DNA from: an uncultured Gammaproteobacteria bacterium
GTDB lineage: Bacteria > Pseudomonadota > Gammaproteobacteria > JASBUN01
NCBI GenBank assembly: GCA_963849825.1
Contig: CAWKIK010000003.1
Span: forward strand, 179,700 to 243,699
Direction of reading: 5' to 3'
DNA length: 64,000 bases
Every line of letters begins with the position of its first letter. Position 1 is the stretch's first letter. Under the pieces are notes generated by a model. It was given only the letters and a program-made list of their open reading frames with translations, was not told where the DNA came from and made no database searches. The translations under genes were made by a program, and so were the position numbers. Shown here in pieces: positions 1 through 8,478 of the stretch.

Positions 1-2066
1 GCAGACGCGAACTCCTTTTGCGAAACCAACAACTGGACGAGATTATTGAGAATCAGATAGGAATTCGGTGCCAGAGCATGCGCCTGTTGCAGCCACATTG
101 TCGCATGCGCAACATCGCCGTGGGCGGCCAGCAGCACCCCCGCGTCGTTCCTGGCGAGCGCGTGGGTCGGATCATCGCGAATGATCCTTTCCAATGCACT
201 GACAGCCGCAGCTACATCGCCGCGGTGAATGAGTTCTTCCACTGCCCCGTATTCATTGTTGCGTTCACGCTGGTCAACGTCGCCGTCCAGAAATTCGGCT
301 GCGTCCCGCGCCGCCTCTGCGGCTATGCGTTTCTCATGGGCCGAGACAAGCGAGCCAAATAGCCGTCTACACAACTGCCATACAAGCGTCTCAGGAGCGG
401 ACTCGTCGGAGTCATGATGATGCCGCATCGAAGGGCGAACGAATGCATCAACGGCCCCCGCGGCATCGCCAAGGTCCATTGCAATTGACAACGACTCGCC
501 CACTTTCGCAACCAGGTGACGCCAGTTCCGGAGCAAGCCATCGTAGGTCACGGTAACAACCGTTTCTCCGCAAGTCGCATTCTGGACATCGCTTACGTAG
601 CGCAGCCATAGCTGACCGCACAGCCCATCGGACAGTCCGTTGCGCGCCGACAACGACCGGCACACTTCATGGGGCGCGCGCAGGATATGCACGTAGCGCG
701 GCCTAACCCCAAGCTTGTTGAACACGCACTTCCAGATCGGCAACAAACGGCATAACCGGGGATCTTTAATGGCCCAGCGGTCGCATCCTGCGAACTCCCT
801 GCGCAGCAGGTCGCAGATTCCGTCGATGATTTGCAGGACCTCGTGACTGCGCTTCCAATGCTCCGGAAGCGGAGCCGTACTGTCCCAGCTCAGCCCAAGG
901 GCGGACAACAGACGGTCATTGAAGTCGACAATCTGCTGGTTTTCCCAGAAGCCCGCCGGATTATCTGGCTGCGGACGCATCAGGTTCTTGCCGAGTGCGA
1001 CACCACACAAGTTCAGCACCCGGGTAAGCGCGGACGTACCGCTACGATGCATGCCGAGAACTACCAATGGATCGGTAAGATCTGTGGTCGGCGCGCCACC
1101 CTGCAATCCAACTTCCGCAACGACGAGTGGATGCAACTCAGCCAATTTACTCTTGAACACCCCGTGAACGTCGCTGTCCGGACAGCGGGCGATAAAAGCA
1201 CCGACTGCATCCACGGTGGCGAAGTCGGCGCGCTTCTCCATATGTTCCGTACCGAGGTAATGGATTACGCGCACATCGGCCAGTTCGTGCGAAAAACGTT
1301 CTGCGAATCCAGAACGGTTCGGAAAGTTGTAACGCATTGGCAGCGCCATGATTTCCGCATTGGCACGATACAGACCCAGCGTAAGCGCAAGTTGACACCT
1401 AAAAAACGTTGGACCTACAGCCCGGACGACGTGCGCCATGTCCTGGTATACCGATGGGCCCATTTTTTCGAACAACGCCCGCGGGCCGGCGACGACGCCG
1501 AAGTTGAAGTAGGCCGGCCCATAACGATATTCGGGGTCCGTTTCCATGACCCCCCAACCCGTGTGTTCGTAGTGGAGATTTGGAAGCGGCAGAGCCGCGT
1601 GTCGGAATACGTCGTTCCAACATTCTGCATTTGAGCGTTTGTCGCGTTCGCAAACGAACGGCGATACGTGAGTAATCAGGCCAGCAAAGACGCCTTTGCT
1701 GTAAACAGCGTCAATCAAGTCGTCCAGCGGGGCGGTCACCAGAACATCGGCATCGAGCATAATGACAACGTCGGCGTCGTACCGGTAGCACAGGCGCTCA
1801 ATCGCGGTACCGTAATAGGAGTAGGCGCGAAAACGCTCGCGATCCATCCAACGCCACTCGATCGGATATTTTCTGGACCAAGGCAACTCGGCGTACAAAT
1901 CCCTCGGTTCGCAGTCGTCCCCTACCGTCACGACTAGGCGCGCGCTTGCAGCGCCGCCGCCGAAGTTGCGAAGCGAAGCCGCCAAGTAATGCACCATGGT
2001 GTAGAAATGCTCCGTAGGGCTGATCGGAACGTGGATTTCCACTGAAGGCCCGGCGTCGTTGGTCAT
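1..2066 (-). CDS. Large multidomain protein, partial (C-terminus beyond window start). N-terminal ~330 aa nucleotide-sugar transferase-like region with a DAD/DxD motif (VIMLDADVLV), central sulfotransferase domain, C-terminal TPR-like helical repeats. Candidate flagellin glycan transferase/sulfotransferase.
   Basis: My own translation of the minus strand from ATG 2066 (SD GGAAGGA 6 nt upstream) gives an uninterrupted protein-like frame to position 1. Motifs: LVVLGMHRSGTSALTRVLN (sulfotransferase P-loop-like 5'-PSB), IKDPRLCRLLPIW and ILRAPHEVCRSL (Sulfotransfer_3/Stf0-like KDPR and RDP motifs), C-terminal TPR-like repeats. The ORF track lists only antisense shadow ORFs here (18-362, 831-1634, 1668-1937, all in one register) because the true ORF has no in-window stop. 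Confidence 0.6.
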   Translation of the reverse strand, partial: MTNDAGPSVEIHVPISPTEHFYTMVHYLAASLRNFGGGAASARLVVTVGDDCEPRDLYAELPWSRKYPIEWRWMDRERFRAYSYYGTAIERLCYRYDADVVIMLDADVLVTAPLDDLIDAVYSKGVFAGLITHVSPFVCERDKRSNAECWNDVFRHAALPLPNLHYEHTGWGVMETDPEYRYGPAYFNFGVVAGPRALFEKMGPSVYQDMAHVVRAVGPTFFRCQLALTLGLYRANAEIMALPMRYNFPNRSGFAERFSHELADVRVIHYLGTEHMEKRADFATVDAVGAFIARCPDSDVHGVFKSKLAELHPLVVAEVGLQGGAPTTDLTDPLVVLGMHRSGTSALTRVLNLCGVALGKNLMRPQPDNPAGFWENQQIVDFNDRLLSALGLSWDSTAPLPEHWKRSHEVLQIIDGICDLLRREFAGCDRWAIKDPRLCRLLPIWKCVFNKLGVRPRYVHILRAPHEVCRSLSARNGLSDGLCGQLWLRYVSDVQNATCGETVVTVTYDGLLRNWRHLVAKVGESLSIAMDLGDAAGAVDAFVRPSMRHHHDSDESAPETLVWQLCRRLFGSLVSAHEKRIAAEAARDAAEFLDGDVDQRERNNEYGAVEELIHRGDVAAAVSALERIIRDDPTHALARNDAGVLLAAHGDVAHATMWLQQAHALAPNSYLILNNLVQLLVSQKEFAS

Positions 2067-2133
2067 AATCCTTCCCGTGTGCGCAGAGATGCCGCAAAAT
2101 CGTTCACAAGAACCTGGCGGCACCCCCAGAACA

Positions 2134-2148
2134 GCAAAATTGGTGCCA
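2134..2148 (-). promoter_or_regulatory. Sigma-54 (RpoN) promoter, perfect -24/-12 match (TGGCAC-N5-TTGC) reading toward the large sulfotransferase/TPR gene
   Basis: Minus-strand sequence TGGCACCAATTTTGC; GG and GC elements 12 nt apart. Located ~55-70 nt upstream of ATG 2066. Confidence 0.55.
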
Positions 2149-2283
2149 CGGTAGATAGCGGCCGAAAAACAACAACTTAAAACCGTACCGTGCTCGTTGC
2201 GCGTCAATTTACCGGCGCGACTTCGATGGCGGCGATCGGCGGTTCAGAGCGGGGATGATTCGAGCCGCCGCTTCCGCCCCGCG

Positions 2284-2298
2284 TGGCACGGAAGTTGC
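2284..2298 (+). promoter_or_regulatory. Sigma-54 (RpoN) promoter, perfect TGGCAC-N5-TTGC, reading into the wbqC-like/methyltransferase/aminotransferase operon
   Basis: Plus-strand sequence TGGCACGGAAGTTGC at 2284-2298, ~60 nt upstream of the GTG 2355 start. Confidence 0.55.
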
Positions 2299-2354
2299 TG
2301 CGTGAGCGGAAATGGTCCCGACGACATGATCTCGTCATCAAGCGGAGGCTCGCG

Positions 2355-3023
2355 GTGACAACCATTGCGGTAATGCAGCCCTATTTCGCCCCATACGCAG
2401 GCTATTTTCGTTTATTCGCCGCCGCAGACCTGTTCGTGGTCTACGACTGCGTCCAATTTCCCCGGCGCGGCTGGGTGCACCGCAACCGGTTGGCCGACGC
2501 GCAGCACAATTTACGCTGGCTGACGTTACCCGTTGCGTCGTGCCCTCGCGAGACCGCCATCTTCGAATTGCAGTTCAGAGTCGACGCGGCGCAACGGATG
2601 CGGCACCAGGAACGCCGCTTCCCCTGCCTTTCGCGCGGCCTTCCTGCGGCATTGCAGGCTTCTTTCGCCGATCTCAGCGGCAGTCCCGTCGACTATATCT
2701 GCAGGCTGCTGCGCGTCATTTCGCGTTTGTTGGGAGTCGAGCGCCCGATCATGCGTTCCAGCGAACTGGAGTTGCATCCCGCCCTGCGCGGCGAGGAACG
2801 CGTCCTCGAAATCGTCCGCCGTCTGGGCGCCACTCGTTATATCAACGCTCCCGGGGGCCGCGCGCTGTACTCGGCGCGCGCGTTTGCGCAGTCGGGCGTG
2901 GCATTGAGTTTTCTTTCCGACTACCACGGCGCCAAGACCAGCATCCTGGAACGTCTGGCTATGGAACCCAGCGCGGCCGTGGCCCGGGAAATCCAGCACA
3001 ACCTGGAGCTATGCGCAGCGTGA
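2355..3023 (+). CDS. WbqC-like family protein (sugar-modification cluster protein of unknown biochemical function)
   Basis: MQPYFAPYAGYFRLF...VVYDCVQFPRRGWVHRNRL matches the conserved WbqC N-terminal signature. GTG 2355 has a GGAGG SD; ORF track start 2283 is probably an over-extension. Confidence 0.65.
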   Translation: MTTIAVMQPYFAPYAGYFRLFAAADLFVVYDCVQFPRRGWVHRNRLADAQHNLRWLTLPVASCPRETAIFELQFRVDAAQRMRHQERRFPCLSRGLPAALQASFADLSGSPVDYICRLLRVISRLLGVERPIMRSSELELHPALRGEERVLEIVRRLGATRYINAPGGRALYSARAFAQSGVALSFLSDYHGAKTSILERLAMEPSAAVAREIQHNLELCAA

Positions 3024-3901
3024 AGGCACAAATTCGAACTGAAGCCGAGTCCAGCCCGCAGCAGATCCGAAGAGATCACTACGAACGCAACCGCGCCTAT
3101 TACGACCGCAACGCCGGGCGTTATGAGGCAGCGTCGTGGTATTACTTCAACCGCTACAAGCGAAACGCGGTCCGCGCCGAGCTGAAAAACTGTCTCCGCC
3201 GGGTAAGTTCGCTTTCGCCTCTGCGAATTTTGGAAATCGGTCCGGGAACCGGGTACTTGCTGGACCACCTGCTCGACCAAACCACACGATCTGTGGCTTA
3301 CACGGCACTGGAACATTCAAGCGCCATGGCCGAGACCCTGCGCCAGCGGTTCTCTCACCGTTGCCGCCACTTCGAGGTAATCACGTGCAGCGCCAGCGCC
3401 GAGAATGTACGCTTCGGCGACGGACCATATGACATCATCATGGGCAGCTCGATACTGCATCACCTACCTGATTACGCAGAAGTGATTCCCACACTGGCTG
3501 ACCAACTTTCGCCCGGCGGCGTATTGTATTTCGTTCGCGAACCCATTCATCGGGATGATTGTGCGCCGGCTTCGTTCTTGGCCGACTTTCTTGAACGCCG
3601 CTACGCGGCGATCAACCGCATACTCATGCGACCGGCGATGCAACGACGTTTTTGGCCGCGCAAGGTGAAAGCCGAGGACGCCCGGGACGTCGCGGTGCAT
3701 ATGTTCGGAGACGGCGTATCGATGCGGCCATTCCAGCAGCTCGCGCGCCGACCCGAATTCACGCTTATCGGCCAACGCAAATACAACCGTCGGCTTTCCG
3801 CGGCATTGTGCTATCTCGAAAATGCGTGGCTCAAACGCTTGCGCAAGGATGTGTTCGGCAACACGCTTTATAGCGTCATCGTGCAGCGGCGGCCGTCATG
3901 A
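3010..3901 (+). CDS. Class I SAM-dependent methyltransferase
   Basis: LEIGPGTGYL glycine-rich SAM motif, DIIMGSSILHHL motif II. ATG 3010 overlaps the upstream stop by 14 nt. The ORF-track N-terminal 470 nt (2540-3009) is an alternative frame of the WbqC gene. Confidence 0.7.
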
Positions 3902-5025
3902 ACCGACCGGACCCTACCCCCGCATCCGTCTGTGCCGTGCCCCTAGGTTATGCGCGGCCGTTGCTTCCGGAACCTAGCGCATGGCTTCCATATCTGCATG
4001 CCGCGTACAGTAGCCGTCATTTCACCAACTTTGGGCCTGTGAATGCGCGCTTCGAACGTGCTTTGACGCAGCGATTCGGTCAAGGCCGCGAAGCGGTAAC
4101 GATGTCAAGCGCTACGGCAGGGCTCACCGCGGTGCTACAGGCATTGGAAATCAACGGGCCGGTAGTAGTTCCCTCTTTCACTTTCGCCGCCACAGCCCAA
4201 GCGGTGCTGGCGGCAGGATGCACCCCCGTGTTGTCCGAGTGCAGCCAGGAAACCTGGGAGCTGGATGCCGAACATCTCGGTCGTACGATCCAGCGCAACC
4301 GTGCCGCCGCAGTGATTCATGTACGTACTTTCGGTTTTGGCCACGACCTTGACCCGATTGCGGCGCTTTGCGCGTTCCACGGTGTACCGCTGATCGTGGA
4401 CGCGGCGTCCGCCCTCGGCGGACAGATCGACGGCCCGGCTCATGTGTGCGGACAGGGAACGGTGGAAGTCTGTTCGCTCCATGCGACAAAGGTATTTGCA
4501 ATCGGCGAAGGAGGAGTCGTGTTCGCGCCGCCTTCACTAGCTGCCGCCATCCGCCGGGCGAGCAACTTCGGTCTTGATCGAGGCGACGTCATAAGCGCGG
4601 GCACAAATGGTAAACTGAGCGAATTTCACGCCGCGATTGGGCTCAGTGTGCTCGACCGAATCGACCACGATGTTCGGCATCGACGTCGAATCGCTGCACG
4701 CTTCCATGCGGAGTTGCGCCGCTTGCCCGGTGTCGAACACTGCTGGCCGGCCGCGATCGCACCGTGGCAGGGATATCCGTTGCTTTGCGCGCCGAGGGTG
4801 GATGTCGCGGCACTGATCGCAGAGGCGGGCGCACGGGGCGTGGAACTGCGACGTTATTATTACATGCCCTTGCACCGCACGCGCATGTTCGCTCGGTTCG
4901 CCGATGGAGAACTGCCCGTGACGGATCGGTTGTCGTTCGGCATGGTGTGCTTGCCGGTTTATTCGGATATGACAGAAGCCGAGCAACAGCGGGTACTTGA
5001 TACGCTGTGTCCACTGCTCGGCTGA
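3898..5025 (+). CDS. DegT/DnrJ/EryC1/StrS-family PLP-dependent sugar aminotransferase
   Basis: Family-typical length and motifs (VDAASALGG, SLHATKVFAIGEGGVV with catalytic Lys). ATGA start/stop overlap with the methyltransferase gene. Confidence 0.85.
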   Translation: MNRPDPTPASVCAVPLGYARPLLPEPSAWLPYLHAAYSSRHFTNFGPVNARFERALTQRFGQGREAVTMSSATAGLTAVLQALEINGPVVVPSFTFAATAQAVLAAGCTPVLSECSQETWELDAEHLGRTIQRNRAAAVIHVRTFGFGHDLDPIAALCAFHGVPLIVDAASALGGQIDGPAHVCGQGTVEVCSLHATKVFAIGEGGVVFAPPSLAAAIRRASNFGLDRGDVISAGTNGKLSEFHAAIGLSVLDRIDHDVRHRRRIAARFHAELRRLPGVEHCWPAAIAPWQGYPLLCAPRVDVAALIAEAGARGVELRRYYYMPLHRTRMFARFADGELPVTDRLSFGMVCLPVYSDMTEAEQQRVLDTLCPLLG

Positions 5026-5036
5026 ACCGGCATTGC

Positions 5037-5732
5037 CTACACCGTGATCGCCAATTCCCGCTGCGCCCGTTGCCAATCCTCCGGAACGCCGATATCGATG
5101 AAATAGGCATCCGACCGATGCACCAAGGGATGAATACTGGTTATATTCGGAGCCACCAGATCCTGCTCGAAGGAAAATGCCTGGTCATGCCCGTAATCGT
5201 CCAGTAGCCAACGCGCCGCACAGTAGCAGCCGCCATTTATCCAACCGGGCACCCCGGCCTGCTTTTCGGCGAAACCCTGCACCACCCCGAAACGATCGAA
5301 AAGCACCTGGCCATAACGAGCGCAATCCGGCACCCGTTTCACCGCCATGGACAAGCGTGCCGCGACACTGCGGTGGGCGGTGTACATGGCATCGACGTCC
5401 ACGGGAAACAACGTGTCGCCGTTGACCACCAACGCATGGTCGTCTTCCAGTAACTGGAATGCCTGGCGAATGGCGCCTCCGGTCCCCAGTGGGTGCTCTT
5501 CGACGGAATAGCGTAGCGTGATGCCGTGGGCGCGGTTTCCGAACCGCGCACGGATCATTTCCCACTGATAGGACACGGCCAGCACCGATTCTGTCACGTC
5601 TTGACTGCCAAGCCAGGCGAGTACGTGGTCCAAAAAAGGTCGCCCCGCGACGGGAGCGAGAGGCTTGGGAACATCAGGAACCGTTTGCCGCAGCCGGGTT
5701 CCCAATCCTCCGGCCAGTATGATCGCTTGCAT
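5037..5732 (-). CDS. Sugar-1-phosphate nucleotidyltransferase, D-glycero-D-manno-heptose-1-phosphate guanylyltransferase (HddC)-like
   Basis: N-terminal MQAIILAGGLGTRL nucleotidyltransferase signature, ~230 aa. In operon with gmhA, GHMP kinase and a GDP-sugar 4,6-dehydratase. Confidence 0.8.
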   Translation of the reverse strand: MQAIILAGGLGTRLRQTVPDVPKPLAPVAGRPFLDHVLAWLGSQDVTESVLAVSYQWEMIRARFGNRAHGITLRYSVEEHPLGTGGAIRQAFQLLEDDHALVVNGDTLFPVDVDAMYTAHRSVAARLSMAVKRVPDCARYGQVLFDRFGVVQGFAEKQAGVPGWINGGCYCAARWLLDDYGHDQAFSFEQDLVAPNITSIHPLVHRSDAYFIDIGVPEDWQRAQRELAITV

Positions 5733-6330
5733 GTCTGTTCTCCTTGCCGAACATTGCCTCTTCCATCAAGCCGCACAGCACATGGCCCAGCACGATATGA
5801 CATTCCTGGATACGCGCCGTCTCCTGCGCCGGAACGCGCACGCAAAAGTCACATAGAGCCCGCATGCGGCCGCCATCGGCGCCGGTCAAGCCCACGGTGC
5901 GAATATCGCGAAATCGGGCCGCTTCCAAGGCTTCGAGAATATTGGGTGAGTTGCCCGAGGTGCTCAGTGACAGCAGCACGTCGCCCGGCCGGCCATGGGC
6001 TTCGACCTGCCGGGCGAAAACCTTTTCGTAGCCGTAATCATTACCGACCGCCGTTAGAATGGACGTATCGGTAGTCAGCGCGATGCCGGCCAGTCCCGGC
6101 CGATCGAAAGCAAAACGGCTGACCAATTCCGCCGCCAGATGTTGGGCATCGGCGGCACTGCCGCCGTTACCGGCAAACAAGATCCGATTGCCCCGGCGCA
6201 AGGCTTCGATGCATTCTTGCGCAACCCGTTTGACCAAGCCGATCAAGGCGCCGTCATCCAGCATCCGCGTTTTTACCAATATGGAATCGGCGATCTGGGC
6301 CCGAATGCTGTCTTCCATCACACGTTCCAT
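5674..6330 (-). CDS. gmhA: SIS-domain sedoheptulose-7-phosphate isomerase (GmhA)
   Basis: IEALRRGNRILFAGNGGSAADAQHLAAEL, typical GmhA SIS motif. 3' end overlaps the hddC-like start by 59 nt. Confidence 0.8.
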   Translation of the reverse strand: MERVMEDSIRAQIADSILVKTRMLDDGALIGLVKRVAQECIEALRRGNRILFAGNGGSAADAQHLAAELVSRFAFDRPGLAGIALTTDTSILTAVGNDYGYEKVFARQVEAHGRPGDVLLSLSTSGNSPNILEALEAARFRDIRTVGLTGADGGRMRALCDFCVRVPAQETARIQECHIVLGHVLCGLMEEAMFGKENRHASDHTGRRIGNPAAANGS

Positions 6331-7433
6331 CCCTGCGCCCCCCCTTTGGTGAAATGGAACCGATAGGGACTGCCGCCGAAGGGTTTTAGCGCTTCGGTGA
6401 CTTCGAGCTTCCGGGTCGGCTCGACAAACAGCATCATGAATCCGCCACCCCCAGCACCCGATAATTTCGCCGCTAGCGCGCCGGCGCCCATTGCGGTTTC
6501 GTAAATGTATTCGACCAGCGGATTGGATACCGAGCTCGACGTATGCTTCTTTGCCTGCCAGGACTCGGCCAGAATGTCCGCCATGCGCCGCACGTCGGAC
6601 TTGAGCAGCGATTCTTTCATGGCCTGGGCCGCTTCCTTGACCGAATGCATGGCGGTTAGGAAATCGCTGTTGCCGGTGGATGCAATCTTCGACTGGTCAT
6701 CGATGATTTTCGCCGATTCCCTGGATAGACCGGTGAAGAACAGCATCATGTGGCACTCGAGTTCATTGACGATTTCGTCTCGGATGCGTAGCGGATTGAC
6801 GATCACGCGGTCATCGCTGTGAAACTCGATGAAATTGAAACCTCCGAAGGTGGCGGCGTATTGATCCTGCTTGCCCCCTGCAAGAGCGCAGTCGTGACGT
6901 TCGATGCGGTAGGCGAGTTGGGCCAGATCGTACTCCCCCAGCGGCAGCTGCAGCAGCTGCTGATAGGCGCGCAATATCGCTACCACCATGGTCGAGGAGC
7001 TGCCCAGACCGCTGCCCGGAGGCGCATCGGAGTAAGTGGTCACTTGCACCGGCAACGGCTCGCCATCGTTGAACATGGCCACCACGCTATTGTAGATCGC
7101 CTTGTGCAAACGCAACTCGCCTTCCACGGCAAGCTCGGGCACAGCTTCGCTTTGCCATTGCTTGCCGAGGTCTTTGGCGTCGAATCCGACCTGGGCGTCC
7201 GCGCGCAGCTCGATGGTGCAATATGCGTGCATGGAAATGGTGGCATTGAGCACGCAGCCGCCATAGGTTTCGCTGTACGGCGACACGTCGGTGCCGCCGC
7301 CTGCGAGTCCGAGACGCAGCGGCGCCCGGGCGCGCACTTTGAGCGCCGGTTCAGCGCGCTTTCGGATTTCTACGCCCGGCATATCGGCGTCACTCGCCAA
7401 AGCGGTTTTGGGAATGCGGACGATCGATGCCAT
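6318..7433 (-). CDS. GHMP-family sugar kinase, D-glycero-D-manno-heptose-7-phosphate kinase (HddA)-like
   Basis: PPGSGLGSSSTMVVA GHMP ATP-binding motif, ~370 aa; 13-nt overlap with gmhA. Confidence 0.8.
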   Translation of the reverse strand: MASIVRIPKTALASDADMPGVEIRKRAEPALKVRARAPLRLGLAGGGTDVSPYSETYGGCVLNATISMHAYCTIELRADAQVGFDAKDLGKQWQSEAVPELAVEGELRLHKAIYNSVVAMFNDGEPLPVQVTTYSDAPPGSGLGSSSTMVVAILRAYQQLLQLPLGEYDLAQLAYRIERHDCALAGGKQDQYAATFGGFNFIEFHSDDRVIVNPLRIRDEIVNELECHMMLFFTGLSRESAKIIDDQSKIASTGNSDFLTAMHSVKEAAQAMKESLLKSDVRRMADILAESWQAKKHTSSSVSNPLVEYIYETAMGAGALAAKLSGAGGGGFMMLFVEPTRKLEVTEALKPFGGSPYRFHFTKGGAQGWNV

Positions 7434-7464
7434 GGCGTCACCTTTTCGTTAACCAGCGGCAATA

Positions 7465-8478
7465 TCACCGGGACCAGAACCGGCTGCCTCTACCGACGCG
7501 GGCGCGCCAGTAGTCGAGCAAATCATTCATGGTGGTTTCGAAGCCGATCTCCGGCTGCCAGCCGGTATGTTGCGTGAATTTGCTCGTGTCGGGCACTTGC
7601 AGATCGGCATCGATGGGCCGCAAACGTTCGGGATCGGTCTCCACCCGAATGTCCTTGCGCGTCGAGCAGCTCAGCAAATAGTCCAGCATTTCGCGCACGC
7701 TGCAGGTATAGGCCCCGCCGATGTTGTAATACTGACCGGGTGTGGGATTCACGGTCACCAGCAGGTAATACGCGCGCACAGCATCGCGCACATCGGCCCA
7801 GGTGCGCAGGGAGTCGAGATTGCCGGTCTTGACCACCGGCGGAATCAGATCCGCTTCGATCATGGCGATCTGCTTTGCGAACGTGGACTCGGCGAACACG
7901 TCGCCGCGACGCGGTCCGGTGTGGGTAAACATGCGCGTAGTCATCACCTTCATGCCATAGGCTTCGCCATAGAAGCGGCCAATCAGGTCGGTGCCGACTT
8001 TGGAAATGGCATAAGGGGACGCCGGGTGAAAGGTGACCTCCTCGTGAATAGGCAGCTTTTCGCGCGGCACCCTGCCAAACACTTCCGAAGACGCACATAC
8101 GTGCACCACCGGGTCCAGTTCGCTCAAACGAATTGCTTCCAACAGATTGGACGTGCCGGTGACATTGGTCTGTAAGGTATCCGCCGGTGAATCGAAACTG
8201 GTTTTTGGGTAACTCTGGGCGGCGAGATGAAACACATAGTCCGGCCGTGACAGTTTGAGCACATTCAACAGCGAACCGAAATCGTTCAGATCGCCATAAT
8301 GAAAAAACACACGCTCGCGGGCGTTCACCCGCTCCAGTAAATGCTCGACGTTGTCCATGGGGCTGCGCCAGCGACACATGCCGTGCACTTCCCAATCGGT
8401 GTTGACCAGCAGATAGTCGCTCAAATGCGAACCCACCATGCCCGTGACACCTGTGATCAAGGCGCGTTTAGAAGTCAT
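7465..8478 (-). CDS. GDP-sugar 4,6-dehydratase (Gmd / GDP-manno-heptose 4,6-dehydratase DmhA family)
   Basis: N-terminus MTSKRALITGVTGMVGSHLSDYLL...EVHGMCRWRS is near-identical in pattern to Gmd (ALITGVTGQDGSYL...EVHGI.RR.S). Start taken at internal ATG 8478; ORF-track start 8568 over-extends. Confidence 0.85.
   Translation of the reverse strand: MTSKRALITGVTGMVGSHLSDYLLVNTDWEVHGMCRWRSPMDNVEHLLERVNARERVFFHYGDLNDFGSLLNVLKLSRPDYVFHLAAQSYPKTSFDSPADTLQTNVTGTSNLLEAIRLSELDPVVHVCASSEVFGRVPREKLPIHEEVTFHPASPYAISKVGTDLIGRFYGEAYGMKVMTTRMFTHTGPRRGDVFAESTFAKQIAMIEADLIPPVVKTGNLDSLRTWADVRDAVRAYYLLVTVNPTPGQYYNIGGAYTCSVREMLDYLLSCSTRKDIRVETDPERLRPIDADLQVPDTSKFTQHTGWQPEIGFETTMNDLLDYWRARVGRGSRFWSR

Noticed and set aside
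18-1937. Plus-strand ORFs 18-362, 831-1634 and 1668-1937 (114, 267, 89 aa)
   Set aside because: All share one codon register and are the antisense shadow of a continuous minus-strand gene (1-2066) that carries recognisable sulfotransferase and TPR motifs. No motifs are present in the plus-strand products.
2540-3009. N-terminal 157 codons of ORF 2540-3901
   Set aside because: This is an alternative frame overlapping the WbqC-like gene. The methyltransferase homology and a proper ATG begin at 3010.
7523-8395. Long alternative-frame ORFs inside real genes (e.g. 7523-8395 minus, 7567-8175 plus, 8666-9499 plus, 9315-10133 plus, 11049-11783 plus, 12540-13868 plus, 13453-14388 plus, 14879-15772 plus, 15648-16436 plus, 25638-26882 plus, 26533-27663 minus, 38273-39466 plus, 42239-43759 plus, 49455-50453 minus, 50555-51838 minus, 55780-56589 plus, 62165-62818 minus)
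   Set aside because: High-GC genomes generate long stop-free alternative frames. Each overlaps a gene with clear family signatures (flagellar, RelA/SpoT, DAACS, TamB, PilT, etc.), and the products are Arg/Ala/Gly/Pro-rich with no motifs.
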